The position numbers and the translations under genes were made by a program. Below are positions 12,864-23,679 of a stretch of DNA of 64,000 nucleotides, piece by piece. Each line of letters opens with the position of its first letter. Position 1 is the first letter of the stretch. The notes below the pieces were generated by a model. That model made no database searches. It worked only from the letters and a program-made list of their open reading frames with translations, and had not been told where the DNA came from. Origin of the DNA: Octopus sinensis. Taxonomy: Eukaryota. Location of the stretch: the NCBI RefSeq assembly GCF_006345805.1, contig NC_043007.1, forward strand, positions 11,656,001 through 11,720,000. The letters are read 5' to 3'.

Positions 12864-13250
12864 TTAAAATCCTGCTTTGTATTTGTCTCTTAACCAATTC
12901 CTATTCCATGTTGTATTTAGTGACACTACTTAAAATTCTGCTGGGGTTGACTTTGCTCATTTTCCTTTAAAATAACCAATTCCTTCTCCATGTAGTATTT
13001 AGTGACATTCTGACTTAAAATCCTTCTTGGATAGACTTTTCTCTCATTTTTCTTTTAATCAATCAGTTCCTTCTTTATGAGGTACCAAGTGACATTCGGG
13101 CTTAAAATCCTGCTTGGCTTGACTTTGCCCTTAGTTTTTCGTTTAATTTACCAAATCCTTCTCTATAAAGAATTTAGTTAGATTCTGAATTAAAATCCTT
13201 CTGGGGTTGGCTTTGCTTTTCATTTTACTTTTAATCATCTAAATCCTTCA
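12864..13250 (+). repeat. Degenerate minisatellite, 85-88-bp unit
   Basis: TTAAAATCCT(G/T)CT anchor recurs at 12864, 12930, 13015, 13102, 13190. Confidence 0.8.
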
Positions 13251-13811
13251 CCAAATTCAAAACCACACGACAATGTTAGGCATCATTGCCATTATTTCAA
13301 CGGCGTTAAGTGGTCAATGACATTTCGGTGAAACAAGTACCTGACGTGATTTGATTCTCAGTAACCTTTTAGGGCCCACCTCACTTACATCACTGATATC
13401 CACCCCCCATCCCCAAAATACAAATATCTCAACCTCCCATTTCTTCCTTCTTTGAAACTGAGGTGTCATTACTTGGTGTGTGTTTTTTTTTGGTTTTTTT
13501 TTCTTTTATATATATATAAAAAAAAAAACATAATTTAATATTCTGCTTTTTCTGTGGCTTGACGACACATTAGCATAACGGCATTCAATGTTCCACGGTT
13601 GAATGGCATATTACTGTAATAGCTGTAACAACAACATTCAATATTCTTTCATCTCACATCATTTTTCATGTCGGCGTCAGTTCTTTCAACTGACAAAATT
13701 TCCCAGAGAAATATGATCCAAGAAATGAGAAATCGTTGAGAAGGCTTTCATCCTTATTGTTATTATCATTGTCATTGCTATCATCATATTCACTGTTATC
13801 CTCATAATTTT

Positions 13812-13843
<32 letters not shown>

Positions 13844-14140
13844 CATCATTATTATTGTTATTATTATTTCCATGCATTACTGAATCTAATTTACAAGAAT
13901 GAAAGATCCTGTATAGCGAGCATCTAAAGCAGAGTAATCGGCTATGATCAAGCTAATCTTATTGACAATAATCTTCTCTAAATGCATTTTTCCCTTGCCT
14001 TAATGCTGAAAGGTCAAACTGAGGTTGTCTAATAAGCATTTTTTAAATTTTTTATTTATTTAATTTCTTTTCAACTATTTTCTACTGCACTCTTTAATGA
14101 TATCCTTCTCAATTGGTTAAAACCAAGATTAACAGTATTT

Positions 14141-14192
14141 TCTTTCTTTCTTTTTTCTTTCTTTCTTTCTTTCTTTCTTTCTTTTTCTTTCT

Positions 14193-14260
<68 letters not shown>

Positions 14261-14412
14261 TCCTTCCTTCCTTCCTTCCTTCCTTCCTTCTTCCTTCCTT
14301 CCTTCCTTCCTTCCTTCCTTCCTTCCTCCCCTCCCTCCCTCTTTCTTTCTTTCTTTCTTTCCTTCCTTCCTTCCTTCCTTCCTTCCTTTCTTTCTTTCTT
14401 TCTCCCCCCCCC
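14141..14412. repeat. (CTTT)n/(CCTT)n polypyrimidine microsatellite
   Basis: Directly visible. Confidence 0.98.
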
Positions 14413-15477
14413 TCTCTCTTACACTCTATCTTTCTTTATAGTTCTGCCTGTCCCTCTTGCAAAGAGGAAATTTCTCCAGATATAACATCACTTTTTTGTC
14501 GTTTTTATGTTTTATTTTTTGTTCTTTTATTTCTTCTTCTTTGCCTGCATGCAATCAAGCCTGATAACCCCTGACCCAACACTGTTTGTTCAGCTTGTTA
14601 TACAGTTGCTTTTCCTCATCTCATCTGCTTAGTTTTAAAAATTGGAAAAAAAACAAAAAAAAACTTCTTAGTAAAACAGTGATAATTTCTCAGCTGATTC
14701 TTCAACTTTGGGTTGTGACTCTCATTTTAGTTCAGCTCATTTCACTTATATCACTAGCATCCTCAGTAAAAAACGGTAAACATCACACTTTCCTATATGC
14801 CGTCTTTTCAAAGTGTTTAGCATTAGCATTGCCTCTGTTACAGATAACGCAGTCTTTTGATGTGCTGCTTCTGCCTATGCCTTTCCTTGCATAGTACAAG
14901 AAAAAAGGTTTCCCAGCAAAGATCATTGTCGAATAGTACAAGGGACCTAAACTCACGAGTCATACCATGAAAGGTTACCCTGTCATCTGATGCATAATCT
15001 TGTATCTGCTCCTTTCCCACCCCATTTGTAACTAGTCTCCTTTCTATTAACTTCTTATGAAGCTACTCATATGAATGCATGCTTGACTCAACCCTGGTTA
15101 GCAACTATTGAAGAGCCGCGCCATGGTTTCGTCTACCTTTGCCTCCACTCAAAGCATTCCCTTCAAAACTATGGGAAGTTCTAATGAAAACCAGAATTAA
15201 TCCATTGAACGATCCCCACTTCTCCATACCCAATATTCCTGGATTACCCAACTTTTCATATTAACATTCGAAATACAGATCATTTTCCCATTCTTTCATC
15301 TGTCTTCCATCAGTATTTCTTTTACTTTCATATTCTTTCCTTTTAAAAGAGGCCTCCCTTTTAAAGAGAAAGATAGATAGAGAGAGAGAGTGTGTGTGTG
15401 TGAATGAGTGAGTGAATAACAGGATGCGTGTATGTTACATATATAGGCTGGGTGGTTAAGAAGCTTGCTTTGCAATG

Positions 15478-15797
15478 CCACTTCCGTACAGTTCTTTCAG
15501 ATAAAGAAACATCACCATAAACTGTGCATATTTCTTTGGTTGCTTGTGAGGCATTTTTCCCTTTACGGAAAAAGAAAAGCATCAAGTGCCGAAAATGAAC
15601 TTTCTTATCTTCCATTTTAAAGGGTTACAGAATTAACACAGGCTATAGGAACATAAACCTTCTTTCATGCAAAGATAGCTTAAACTGTGCTTTAAATGGA
15701 AGTGTTGTCAAATCCTATTTTATGGACTCAACCATGTTCTAAAATAAGTCGAAAAGTAAGCTACGATAAATCGGCATGAACTTTCTGGACAACCCAA
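15478..15797 (-). mobile_element. Mariner (Tc1/mariner) 5' fragment: left TIR plus transposase N-terminus
   Basis: TA|TTGGGTTGTCCAGAAAGTTC terminus; ATG at 15615 gives MEDKKVHFRHLMLFFFRKGKNASQATKEICTVYGDVSLSERTVRKW (mariner N-terminal HTH), then truncated. Confidence 0.9.
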
Positions 15798-16050
15798 TAA
15801 TTACTAGTTGAGCTCTGGAGACAATGTAATCAACTAGTCCCCTCTCCCAAAATTTCAAGCCTCAAGTAGAGAGTATTATTATTATTATTATTTTATTATT
15901 ATTATCGTCATCATTATGTTGTCTCTATTATTTTATAATTACTATTTTGTCATTATTATAACTTGGTATTGTCCCCCCCTCATCCTTTGCCCCGGTGGCA
16001 AATAAAAGAAATTATTATTATTATTATTATTGTTATTATTATTATTATTT

Positions 16051-16548
16051 TAATTCATGTTTTCACTGCACTAGTGAGCGCAGCTCTGAGTGCTTTGGGT
16101 ATGTGCTGTAGTTTGTTGTGATGCTCCTATAGTTACTGTATTGAAAGTGTTTTACATAGGATGTGTGCAGTGCCTAGTAGTGCTATTTTCTGTATGTTAG
16201 TCCTGGTGTTTTTGTTATGTGTTTGTCTGAATACTTTTTTTATCATACCTAATGAGCGGAATTGTTTCTGTTTTTACCTCTATTTCCAGGTCTTTGTATT
16301 TTGAAAGTTTCTCCATTTCTTTTAGAGAAACATTGTTATCTGTTGTTAGTGATACATCAATTAGAAAGCATTTTTTCTTCATGATCTCTGACAACTATAT
16401 CTGGCCTATTGGCCTTAATTTCTCTATCTCTAAGAATTGGCATATCCCATAGTATTGTTGCTTTCTCATTTTCTGTGACCTTTTCTAGCATGTGCCTATA
16501 CTATCTTTTTTCTGTTGTTATTCCATAGTGTTGGCATAGCTTCCAGTG
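16051..16548 (-). mobile_element. R4/Dong-type non-LTR retrotransposon 3' fragment (restriction-like endonuclease), disabled
   Basis: HWKLCQHYGI..ILWDMPI..IKANRPDIVVRD..CFLIDVS..KLSKYKDLEIE..QKIALLGTAHIL with stops and frameshifts; (TAA)n on both sides. Confidence 0.85.
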
Positions 16549-16568
16549 TTATTATTATTATTATTACT

Positions 16569-16790
16569 GAAGGTGGCAAGCTGGCAGAAACGTTAGCATG
16601 CCAGGTGAAATGCTTAGCAGTATTGCGTCTACTGCTACATTCTGTGTTCAAATTCTGCTAAGGGCGACTTTGCCTTTCATTCTTTTGGGGTTGATGAAGG
16701 TAAAAACAGTTACACACTGAGGTCGATGTAATCAACTAGCCCTCTTCCTTCACTCCAAAATTTTCAAGTTCTTGTGCCAAGAGTAGAAAT
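16569..16790 (+). mobile_element. SINE family A'
   Basis: A head and B-box with the alternative CCAAAATT..GTGCCAA tail and (ATT)n. Confidence 0.85.
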
Positions 16791-16812
16791 AATAATTATT
16801 ATTATTATTATT

Positions 16813-17035
16813 AAGGTGGCAAGCAGGTAGAACCGTTAGCATGCTGGACTAAATGCTTAGTGGTATTTCACCCGTCCCTACGTTCTGAGTTCAGATTCCG
16901 CCGAGGTCAACTTTACCTTTCATCCTTTCGGGGGGTTCAATAAAATAAGTACCAGCTGAACACTGGGGTTGATGTAATTGACTCATCGGCCACCCACCAC
17001 CAAAATTGCGGCCCTTGTGGCAAAATTAGAAACCA
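16813..17035 (+). mobile_element. SINE family A'
   Basis: Same structure as the previous copy, in tandem. Confidence 0.85.
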
Positions 17036-17052
17036 TTATTATTATTATCATT

Positions 17053-17305
17053 CCGGTGGCACATAAAATACACCAATCTGACCGTGGTCGTTGCCAGCCT
17101 CGCCTGGCACCTGTGCAGGTGGCACGTAAAAAGCACCCACTACACTCACAGAGTGGTTGGCGTTAGGAAGGGCATCCAGCTGTAGAAACATTGCCAGATA
17201 AGACTGGAGCCTGGTGCAGCTTCTGGCTTCCCAGATCCCCGGTCGAACCGTCCAACCCATGGAGAACGGACATTAAACGATGATGATGATGATGATGATG
17301 ATTAT
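17053..17305 (+). mobile_element. Family E retroposon
   Basis: Two GGTGGCAC..AAAAAGCACC units, RTE-type tail, (GAT)n. Confidence 0.85.
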
Positions 17306-18025
17306 GATTAGAATAAGAATATGTGAATCAATCAATATCTTACATGGAAAACAATCGATCGATCTTTCAATGTTCAAGTTGGGACGGTTCTTCTGTCTAC
17401 AAGGAATGAGGACACTGCTAGAGTTTACCAAATATATTGACAACAACTCATTTTGACTGACTAAATGAATGAATGGAACATCTGAATAGTTCCAACAAAA
17501 CACCCACTAGGTGCAATGTGTTTTGATGTTGTTTCTGTAAAGGTAGACTTCTAGCTTTTTCTTCATTTTGCCAGTACTATGGGTTCTGTTTTTTTTTTCT
17601 TTTTTTTTTTTTTTTGATATTTTTGATATATTTTTTTTTTAACTAGAGAAAGGAAAAGCTTAGAGTTGTAAGTAAGCTTTTTAAAGGTCAGCCTGAATCA
17701 AGATGCCTCTGGCAGATTCATTGCTTTAAATTTCGAAATAAATAAATAAATATGTAAATAAATAAAACTCCCCCCCCCACCGAAATAAATGAATGCAAGA
17801 ATTAGAAAAGTTATCAGAATAGATGGAATGTGTTCTATATAACTGTAGTGTGAAAGAACATGACAAAGGCAATCAAACAATGAAGATGATTGAAGCAACC
17901 ATTAAAGAGCAAAGGGCATTCGGTAAAAAGAGAGAAAAAAAAGTGTGGTGGGTGGATGACTAATTCAGAAAGAAACAAATTCTTTTTAAGCAGGCGCCAT
18001 GAAAGAGATGTAGAATATCTGTGTA

Positions 18026-18150
18026 AAAAAAAAAAACATTAAGAATAATTTTAAAAAAAAGCAAAAAAAAAACAAAAACATTAAGAGTAATTTCAAAAAA
18101 AACCAAAAAAACATTAAGAATAATTTCAACAAAAAAAAAAAGCAAAAATA
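18026..18150. repeat. A-rich minisatellite (AAAAACATTAAGAATAATTT x3)
   Basis: Three visible units. Confidence 0.8.
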
Positions 18151-18347
18151 ACGGCAAAAAAGCAACTAATAAAATTGGTTATATGTTACATGTGTGTTAG
18201 TTAAATATAAAGGAGGTATATGGAGTTGTCTAATGTTACTGGAACAACATTATATGAATTCTGATGAAACAAACACTAAAAAACTAATCTCTGATTTATA
18301 CAACCACCCACCCCCCACTCTCTGCTACTGATTCATCTTTGCTTCCT

Positions 18348-18762
18348 TGTGCGTGTGTGTGTGTGTATGTGCATGTGCGTGCATGTGTGTATATATATAT
18401 CTGTGTATATATATGTGTGTATGTATATATATATATATATATGTGTATACATATATGTATATATATATATATATGTGTATACATATATGTATATATATAT
18501 ATATATATGTGTATATATATATGTGTTTTTATATATATATATACTTATATATGTGTTTATATATATATACTTATATATATATGTGTTTATATATATATAC
18601 TTATATATATATGTGTTTATATATATACATATATATGTGTTTATATATATACATATATATATGTTTATATATATACTTATATATATGTGTTTATATATAT
18701 ATATATGTGTGTTTATATGTATATATATATATATGTTTATATATATATATATATATATATAC
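18348..18762. repeat. Compound (TG)/(TA) microsatellite
   Basis: Directly visible. Confidence 0.98.
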
Positions 18763-18870
18763 ATAAATGTTCTAAAATCTACTCAGCCATGGTTTTTTAT
18801 CTCATTATGAAAAAAAAAAATTCATATATATATATATATATATATACAGAGAGAGAGAGAGAGAGATACT

Positions 18871-19051
18871 TTTGTGTATTAAGGTTATCATTGGTCTGAT
18901 GTTAAGAAAAATATCTTAATATATTAACAACTTTTGAAGCCAATCACATGGAGGAATGTTTGTCTCCTCCATGTGATCAGCTTAAAAAATTATTAGGATT
19001 ATTAAGATATTTTTTCTTAACATGAAACCAATGGTAGCCTTAATATGCAAA
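18871..19051. repeat. Fold-back hairpin, probably a MITE remnant
   Basis: ~85-bp imperfect inverted arms around a 9-nt loop; inner 13 bp ATCACATGGAGGA/TCCTCCATGTGAT perfect. Confidence 0.8.
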
Positions 19052-19126
19052 TAATAAAATTTCATCAACCAATGCAATTTTGAGCACTCATTCTCATTGT
19101 CTGACATTTACGTATCTGTATATACT

Positions 19127-19456
19127 ATCATCATCATTTAACATCCACTTTCCATGCTAGCATGGCTTAGACAGTTTGACTGAGGACTGGCAAGCCTGGA
19201 GGCTGTACTAGGCTCCAATCTGATCTGGCAGGGTTTCTACAGCTGGATGCCCTTCCTAATGCCAACCATTTCGAGAGCATAGTGGGTGCTTTTTACGTGC
19301 CACCGGCACAGAGCCAGTCAGGCAGAACTGGCATCGACTACACTCATATGGTGCTTTTTATGTGCCACCAGCATGGGAGCCAGTCTGGCGGCACTGGCAT
19401 TGATCACGCTCGAATGGTGCTCTCTATGTGCCACTGGCACAAGTGCCAGTCAGGCT
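19127..19456 (-). mobile_element. Family E retroposon
   Basis: Three decayed internal units plus RTE-type tail. Confidence 0.85.
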
Positions 19457-19489
19457 GTACTACACACACACACACATATATATGAAAAC

Positions 19490-19620
19490 ACATAGCAGAG
19501 ATTCACACAGTTTCTGTCTACCAAATTCATTCGCAAGGCAATGGTCAGCCTTTGCAGTGTGACTGAACCTGAGACCTCATGGTTCCAAAGTGAGCTTCTT
19601 AACCACACAGCCATGCCTGT
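19490..19620 (-). mobile_element. SINE family B, head fragment
   Basis: Reverse complement of the B head. Confidence 0.7.
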
Positions 19621-20116
19621 ACTTATAGAAAATAAACGAAATAATAAACAAAAAATTATCTATAAATCCATTGTGTTTTGTTTCTTTGCACAATAATCTT
19701 TAATTCCCTACAATTAGTGACCAAAGTATTTGCATATACTGCTAAATATATGATCAACCAGTTACAAATCAACTTATATCAGTGACTCTCAGACAGAGCC
19801 ACATTTCTGATGAAAGATATTTTTTCAGATTAAACAGACATTTTTCTGATTGAACAGCGCTGTACATGTTCACATTTTATTTTTATAATGTTCAAGCAAT
19901 ACATTGTTTACAAACTCATTAGCAATTTCCTGCTGTGTTTTACAGTTTTGTTATGATAACAGCTTCAAAATTTTCAATCTGTTTTCAGACTTACAGCTAT
20001 CACTATAGTAATACTAATTCTGTCAGTTGTCAATCAGCTTTAAGCTATTTCTTTGTAGGTTTATCAACACAATTTGCTGTTTACCTCATTTTGGAACTAA
20101 ATTTTCTAATGCAATA

Positions 20117-20380
20117 CATCACCATCATCGTCATCATCATTTTATTGTTCAGTTTTCCATGCTTGCATGAGTCAGACAGAATTCGTTGAAGCAGATTTTC
20201 TATGGCTGGATGCCTTTCCTGCCACCAACCCTCACCTGTTTCCAAGCAAGGTAATATTTTCCAATGGACAAACATGTTATTCACAGAAGACTGGAAGTGA
20301 ACAACCCCACTTGTATAACAAGGATGCTCATTTACAGCCATCATGTAATGTCTTGACATAGGCACACACACACACACACA
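20117..20380 (-). mobile_element. Family I element (RTE-type tail)
   Basis: ..TTGGAAACAGGTGAGGGTTGG..GGCATCCAGCCATAGAAAATCTGC..(GAT)n. Confidence 0.8.
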
Positions 20381-20700
20381 CGACTCAGTGGTTAGAGCAT
20401 CAGGCTCACAATTATGAGGTAGTGAGTTCAATTCCCTGACTGGGCTGTGTCTTGTGTTCTTGAGCAAAGCACTTCATTCTGCTCCAGTTCACTCAGCTGT
20501 AGAAATGAGTTGCAACATCACTGGTGCCAAGCTGTGTCAGCCATTACCTTTCCCTTGGATAACATCGGTGTCATAGAGAGGGGAAGCTGGTATGCATAGG
20601 AAACTGTTAGCCTTCCATAAACAACCTTGCCTGGCCTTGAACTTCGGAGGGGACTTTCTAGGTGCAATCCATGGTCATTTATGACCAAAGGAGGTTTACC
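20381..20700 (+). mobile_element. SINE family D, tail T5
   Basis: CAGTGGTTAGAGC head, B-box GAGTTCAATTCCC, TTGTGTTCTTGAGCAA core; matches 44052-44390. Confidence 0.85.
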
Positions 20701-20740
20701 CTTTATATATATATATATATTATATTATATATATATAATA

Positions 20741-21294
20741 TATAAGCGAGAAAGAAGCAACAAGAATGGATAGGTTTTTAGTACATCGTTCATACAGGGA
20801 CAGGCTTTATTAAAAGTTGTAAAATTACAGCATATAAACGTGTCCCGTACTCATCAGTAAATACATGTGAGTTCTCTAGACATCTAGTGGTTGAGGCTAT
20901 ACATGAAGTAAGTAGATATTAAGTAACATAAACAGATTTCCAAAGTTCATAAAGTTCTTTAAAGATGATGTACAGTCTTATCACGAATTTTAAAAAAGTT
21001 CTAATAGCATCACATGTGATGCTATTAGAACTTTTTTAAAATTCTGTGATAGACTGTACATCATCTTTAAAGAACTTTAATGAACTTTGGAAATCTGTTT
21101 ATGTACTAATTATCTACATTACTTCATGAGTATAGCCTCAACCACTAGGATGTCTAGAGAACTCACATGTATTTTAGCTGATGAGTACGGGACACGTTTT
21201 ATATGCTGTAATTTTTACAACTTTTAATAAAGCCTGTCCTTGTATGAACTTGTAATAAAACCTATCCATTCTTGTTGCTTCTTTCTCACTTATA
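20741..21294. repeat. Spacerless 554-bp palindrome, possibly the inverted end of a Penelope-like element
   Basis: Arms of ~274 and ~280 bp centred on CACA|TGTG (21014/21015); each arm carries CTGATGAG and AATAAA facing outward. Confidence 0.9.
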
Positions 21295-21563
21295 ATCACC
21301 CCACATTACTGTATGTTAAAACAGATAGTTTTTTTGGTGCATCTAAGTTAGGTACCATATTCAAGTAATTCATTTAAATTAACTTGAATCTTTATTGCTT
21401 TTTGTATATATATATATATATAATAATATTAGGGAATAAATCCAAACTTACAGGGAAAAATTAGATTAGGATTAATCCAATTTTATAGTATAAATATATT
21501 ATATTAAATTAATTAACTTTTATATTTTTTATTAATTTTATGTATTGGCTTATGTTTTTCACT

Positions 21564-21888
21564 CTGTGCCGGTGGCACATAAAAAGCACCATCCGAACGT
21601 GGCCGATGCCAGCACCGCCTCGACTGGCTTCTGTGCCGGTGGCACATAAAAAGCACCAACCGATCGTGGCCGATGCCAGACCCCTCTGGCACCTGTGCAG
21701 GTGGCACGTAAAAAGCACCCACTACACTCGCGGAGTGGTTGGCATTAGGAAGGGCATCCAGCTGTAGAAACACTGCCAGATCAGACTGGAGCCTGGAGCA
21801 GCCCCTGGCTCCCCAGACCCCGGTCGAACCGTCCAACCCGTGCTAGCGCGGAAAACAGACGTTAAACAATGATGATGATGATGATGAT
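21564..21888 (+). mobile_element. Family E retroposon, CpG-rich (young) copy
   Basis: Three GTGCCGGTGGCAC..AAAAAGCACC units plus tail and (GAT)n. Confidence 0.9.
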
Positions 21889-21920
21889 TTGCCTAATAGT
21901 GGTTTTATCTCTAATTTAAT

Positions 21921-22020
21921 ATAATATATATCATAATGATATTTATTCTCAGATTTGGAGTGACATTTGTTTAAATCTAAACAAATGATTGAAAAATGAT
22001 GAGCTAATCTGAGGCTGAAT
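21921..22020. repeat. ~100-bp direct repeat, copy 1
   Basis: Matches 22690-22788. Confidence 0.85.
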
Positions 22021-22314
22021 CGAACTAACAAATCGGGACTTTCATACCTCCTTGCGAACCTGATTGGCCAAATGCTCACATATCAATTTCAGTCAAATTT
22101 AGTTAATATATACTTAAACTGTCTTGATACTACATAAATTATATTTTCATAAACAAACCCGAAAGGCTTTGTGAGTTACAGAGAGAAAGCTACTACGGAA
22201 GGATCATAGTATGATATAACTGTATATAATATATATATCTATATATATTATCGCTTTGTTTACCATGTAGGCAATCATCGAAATTTTTGTTTGTCTTGTT
22301 GTTGAGAGAGGCTC

Positions 22315-22407
22315 CCTTTCTTTCCTGATGAGAAGATTGCATAATGCACCCTTTATTCCTTTGGAATGAGAACATGCTGTCTTCGAAACATGCGTCGAGA
22401 GTAAAGG
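22315..22407 (+). ncRNA. Type I hammerhead ribozyme
   Basis: CUGAUGA 22325-31; stem II GAAGA/UCUUC; GAAA 22385-88; 2-bp stem III with AUGC loop; GUC 22394-96; stem I 5+5 bp with a 1-nt bulge. Confidence 0.8.
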
Positions 22408-22468
22408 AAATTTGTTAACATCTTCATTCGACTCCATTCTTTCATTTATTTATATATATATATATATA

Positions 22469-22625
22469 TCGGCTGTGTGGTTAGGGAGCTTGCTTCCTAG
22501 CTACATGGTTTCGGGTTCAGTCCCACTGCGTGGCACTTTGGGTAGGTGTCTTCCGCTATAGCCCCGAGCCGACCAGAGCTTTGTGATTGAATTCGGTAGG
22601 TGGAAGTTGCTGCCGTGTGTGTATA
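22469..22625 (+). mobile_element. SINE family B, 5' half
   Basis: GGCTGTGTGGTTAGG..GGGTTCAGTCCCACTGCGTGGCAC. Confidence 0.85.
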
Positions 22626-22689
22626 TGTGCGTATAGCTGCTCAGTGCCTCTCCGAAAGAGAGAGAGAGGGATATATAGTATTACTATAT

Positions 22690-22788
22690 ATAATATATAT
22701 CATAATGATATTTATTCTCCGATTTGAAGTGACAATTTTTAAATATAAACAAATGACTGAAAAATGAGGAACTAACCTCAGGCTGAAT
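22690..22788. repeat. ~100-bp direct repeat, copy 2
   Basis: Matches 21921-22020. Confidence 0.85.
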
Positions 22789-22800
22789 ATATATACAGTT

Positions 22801-22862
22801 TCCAGGGATTTTAACCGTTAAATTTTAGGAAAAAAATGCGTATTATACTCGAGGATTTACGG
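22801..22862 (-). mobile_element. Tc2-like MITE left-end fragment
   Basis: Reverse complement of TA|CCGTAAATCCTCGAGTATAATACGC; same family as 52710 and 60786. Confidence 0.8.
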
Positions 22863-23042
22863 TATACAATTTGGTTTGTGTCACAAGTAAAAGAGGTTTT
22901 ATAGTAAAAGAATAAATATCATGTAAGTACGTGTGCACGTTTGGTTGGCACTTACCAAGATTGTAAGTGCCAGTGCATGGAACTCCCAGCTCTTGAGTCA
23001 CTTTCTAACTTCTGTTATTTAAAAATAACATAATAAAATATA

Positions 23043-23080
<38 letters not shown>

Positions 23081-23639
23081 CATACACACATGCATACACA
23101 CACATGTGCATGTTCAAACACACAAAGTTTTGTAGATCAGTAAAAAGATATCCACAGTAATCCCGGTGGTAATTCAATGTAGAGTTCAAAGTTGGAGTTC
23201 TGATGGAAAATCCTTTGATAAAAAATGGTAATTCTCTTTACATTCTTCAGTAAATGAAAGTTCAAAAGTTCCATAGTTCTGACATATGGCAGACCAGTGG
23301 AATATAGGCATTTTAATATGTATTCTTATGATTTTCAGTTGTCAAATGAATGCATATCAAAATAGCATCATCATCATTTTTACATTTGTTTCCCATGCCG
23401 GCATGGGTTAGATGCGATTTATTGATGCAGTTATTCTAGCGCAACATGACCTTCCTGGTAATTGTTGTGCATCATATTGGTTCCAAATAGGAATCTGTGT
23501 ATATACTTAAAGCATATACACATATAAGCACATTGAAAGGCTGATAAACTGCAGTATTCCCCCACACATACATACACAAACACACATGTATATGTGTCTA
23601 TGTGTGTGCATATGTATCTATGAACGTATGTATGCAATA

Positions 23640-23679
<40 letters not shown>

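Noticed and set aside
15116-15210. Strong Kozak-like GCCGCGCCATGG
   Set aside because: The ORF closes after 25 codons, with no splice donor or promoter evidence.
21564-21720. CRISPR-like array (25-bp partly palindromic repeat with ~40-bp spacers)
   Set aside because: The spacers are homologous to each other, the array is part of a dispersed eukaryotic retroposon, and there are no cas genes.
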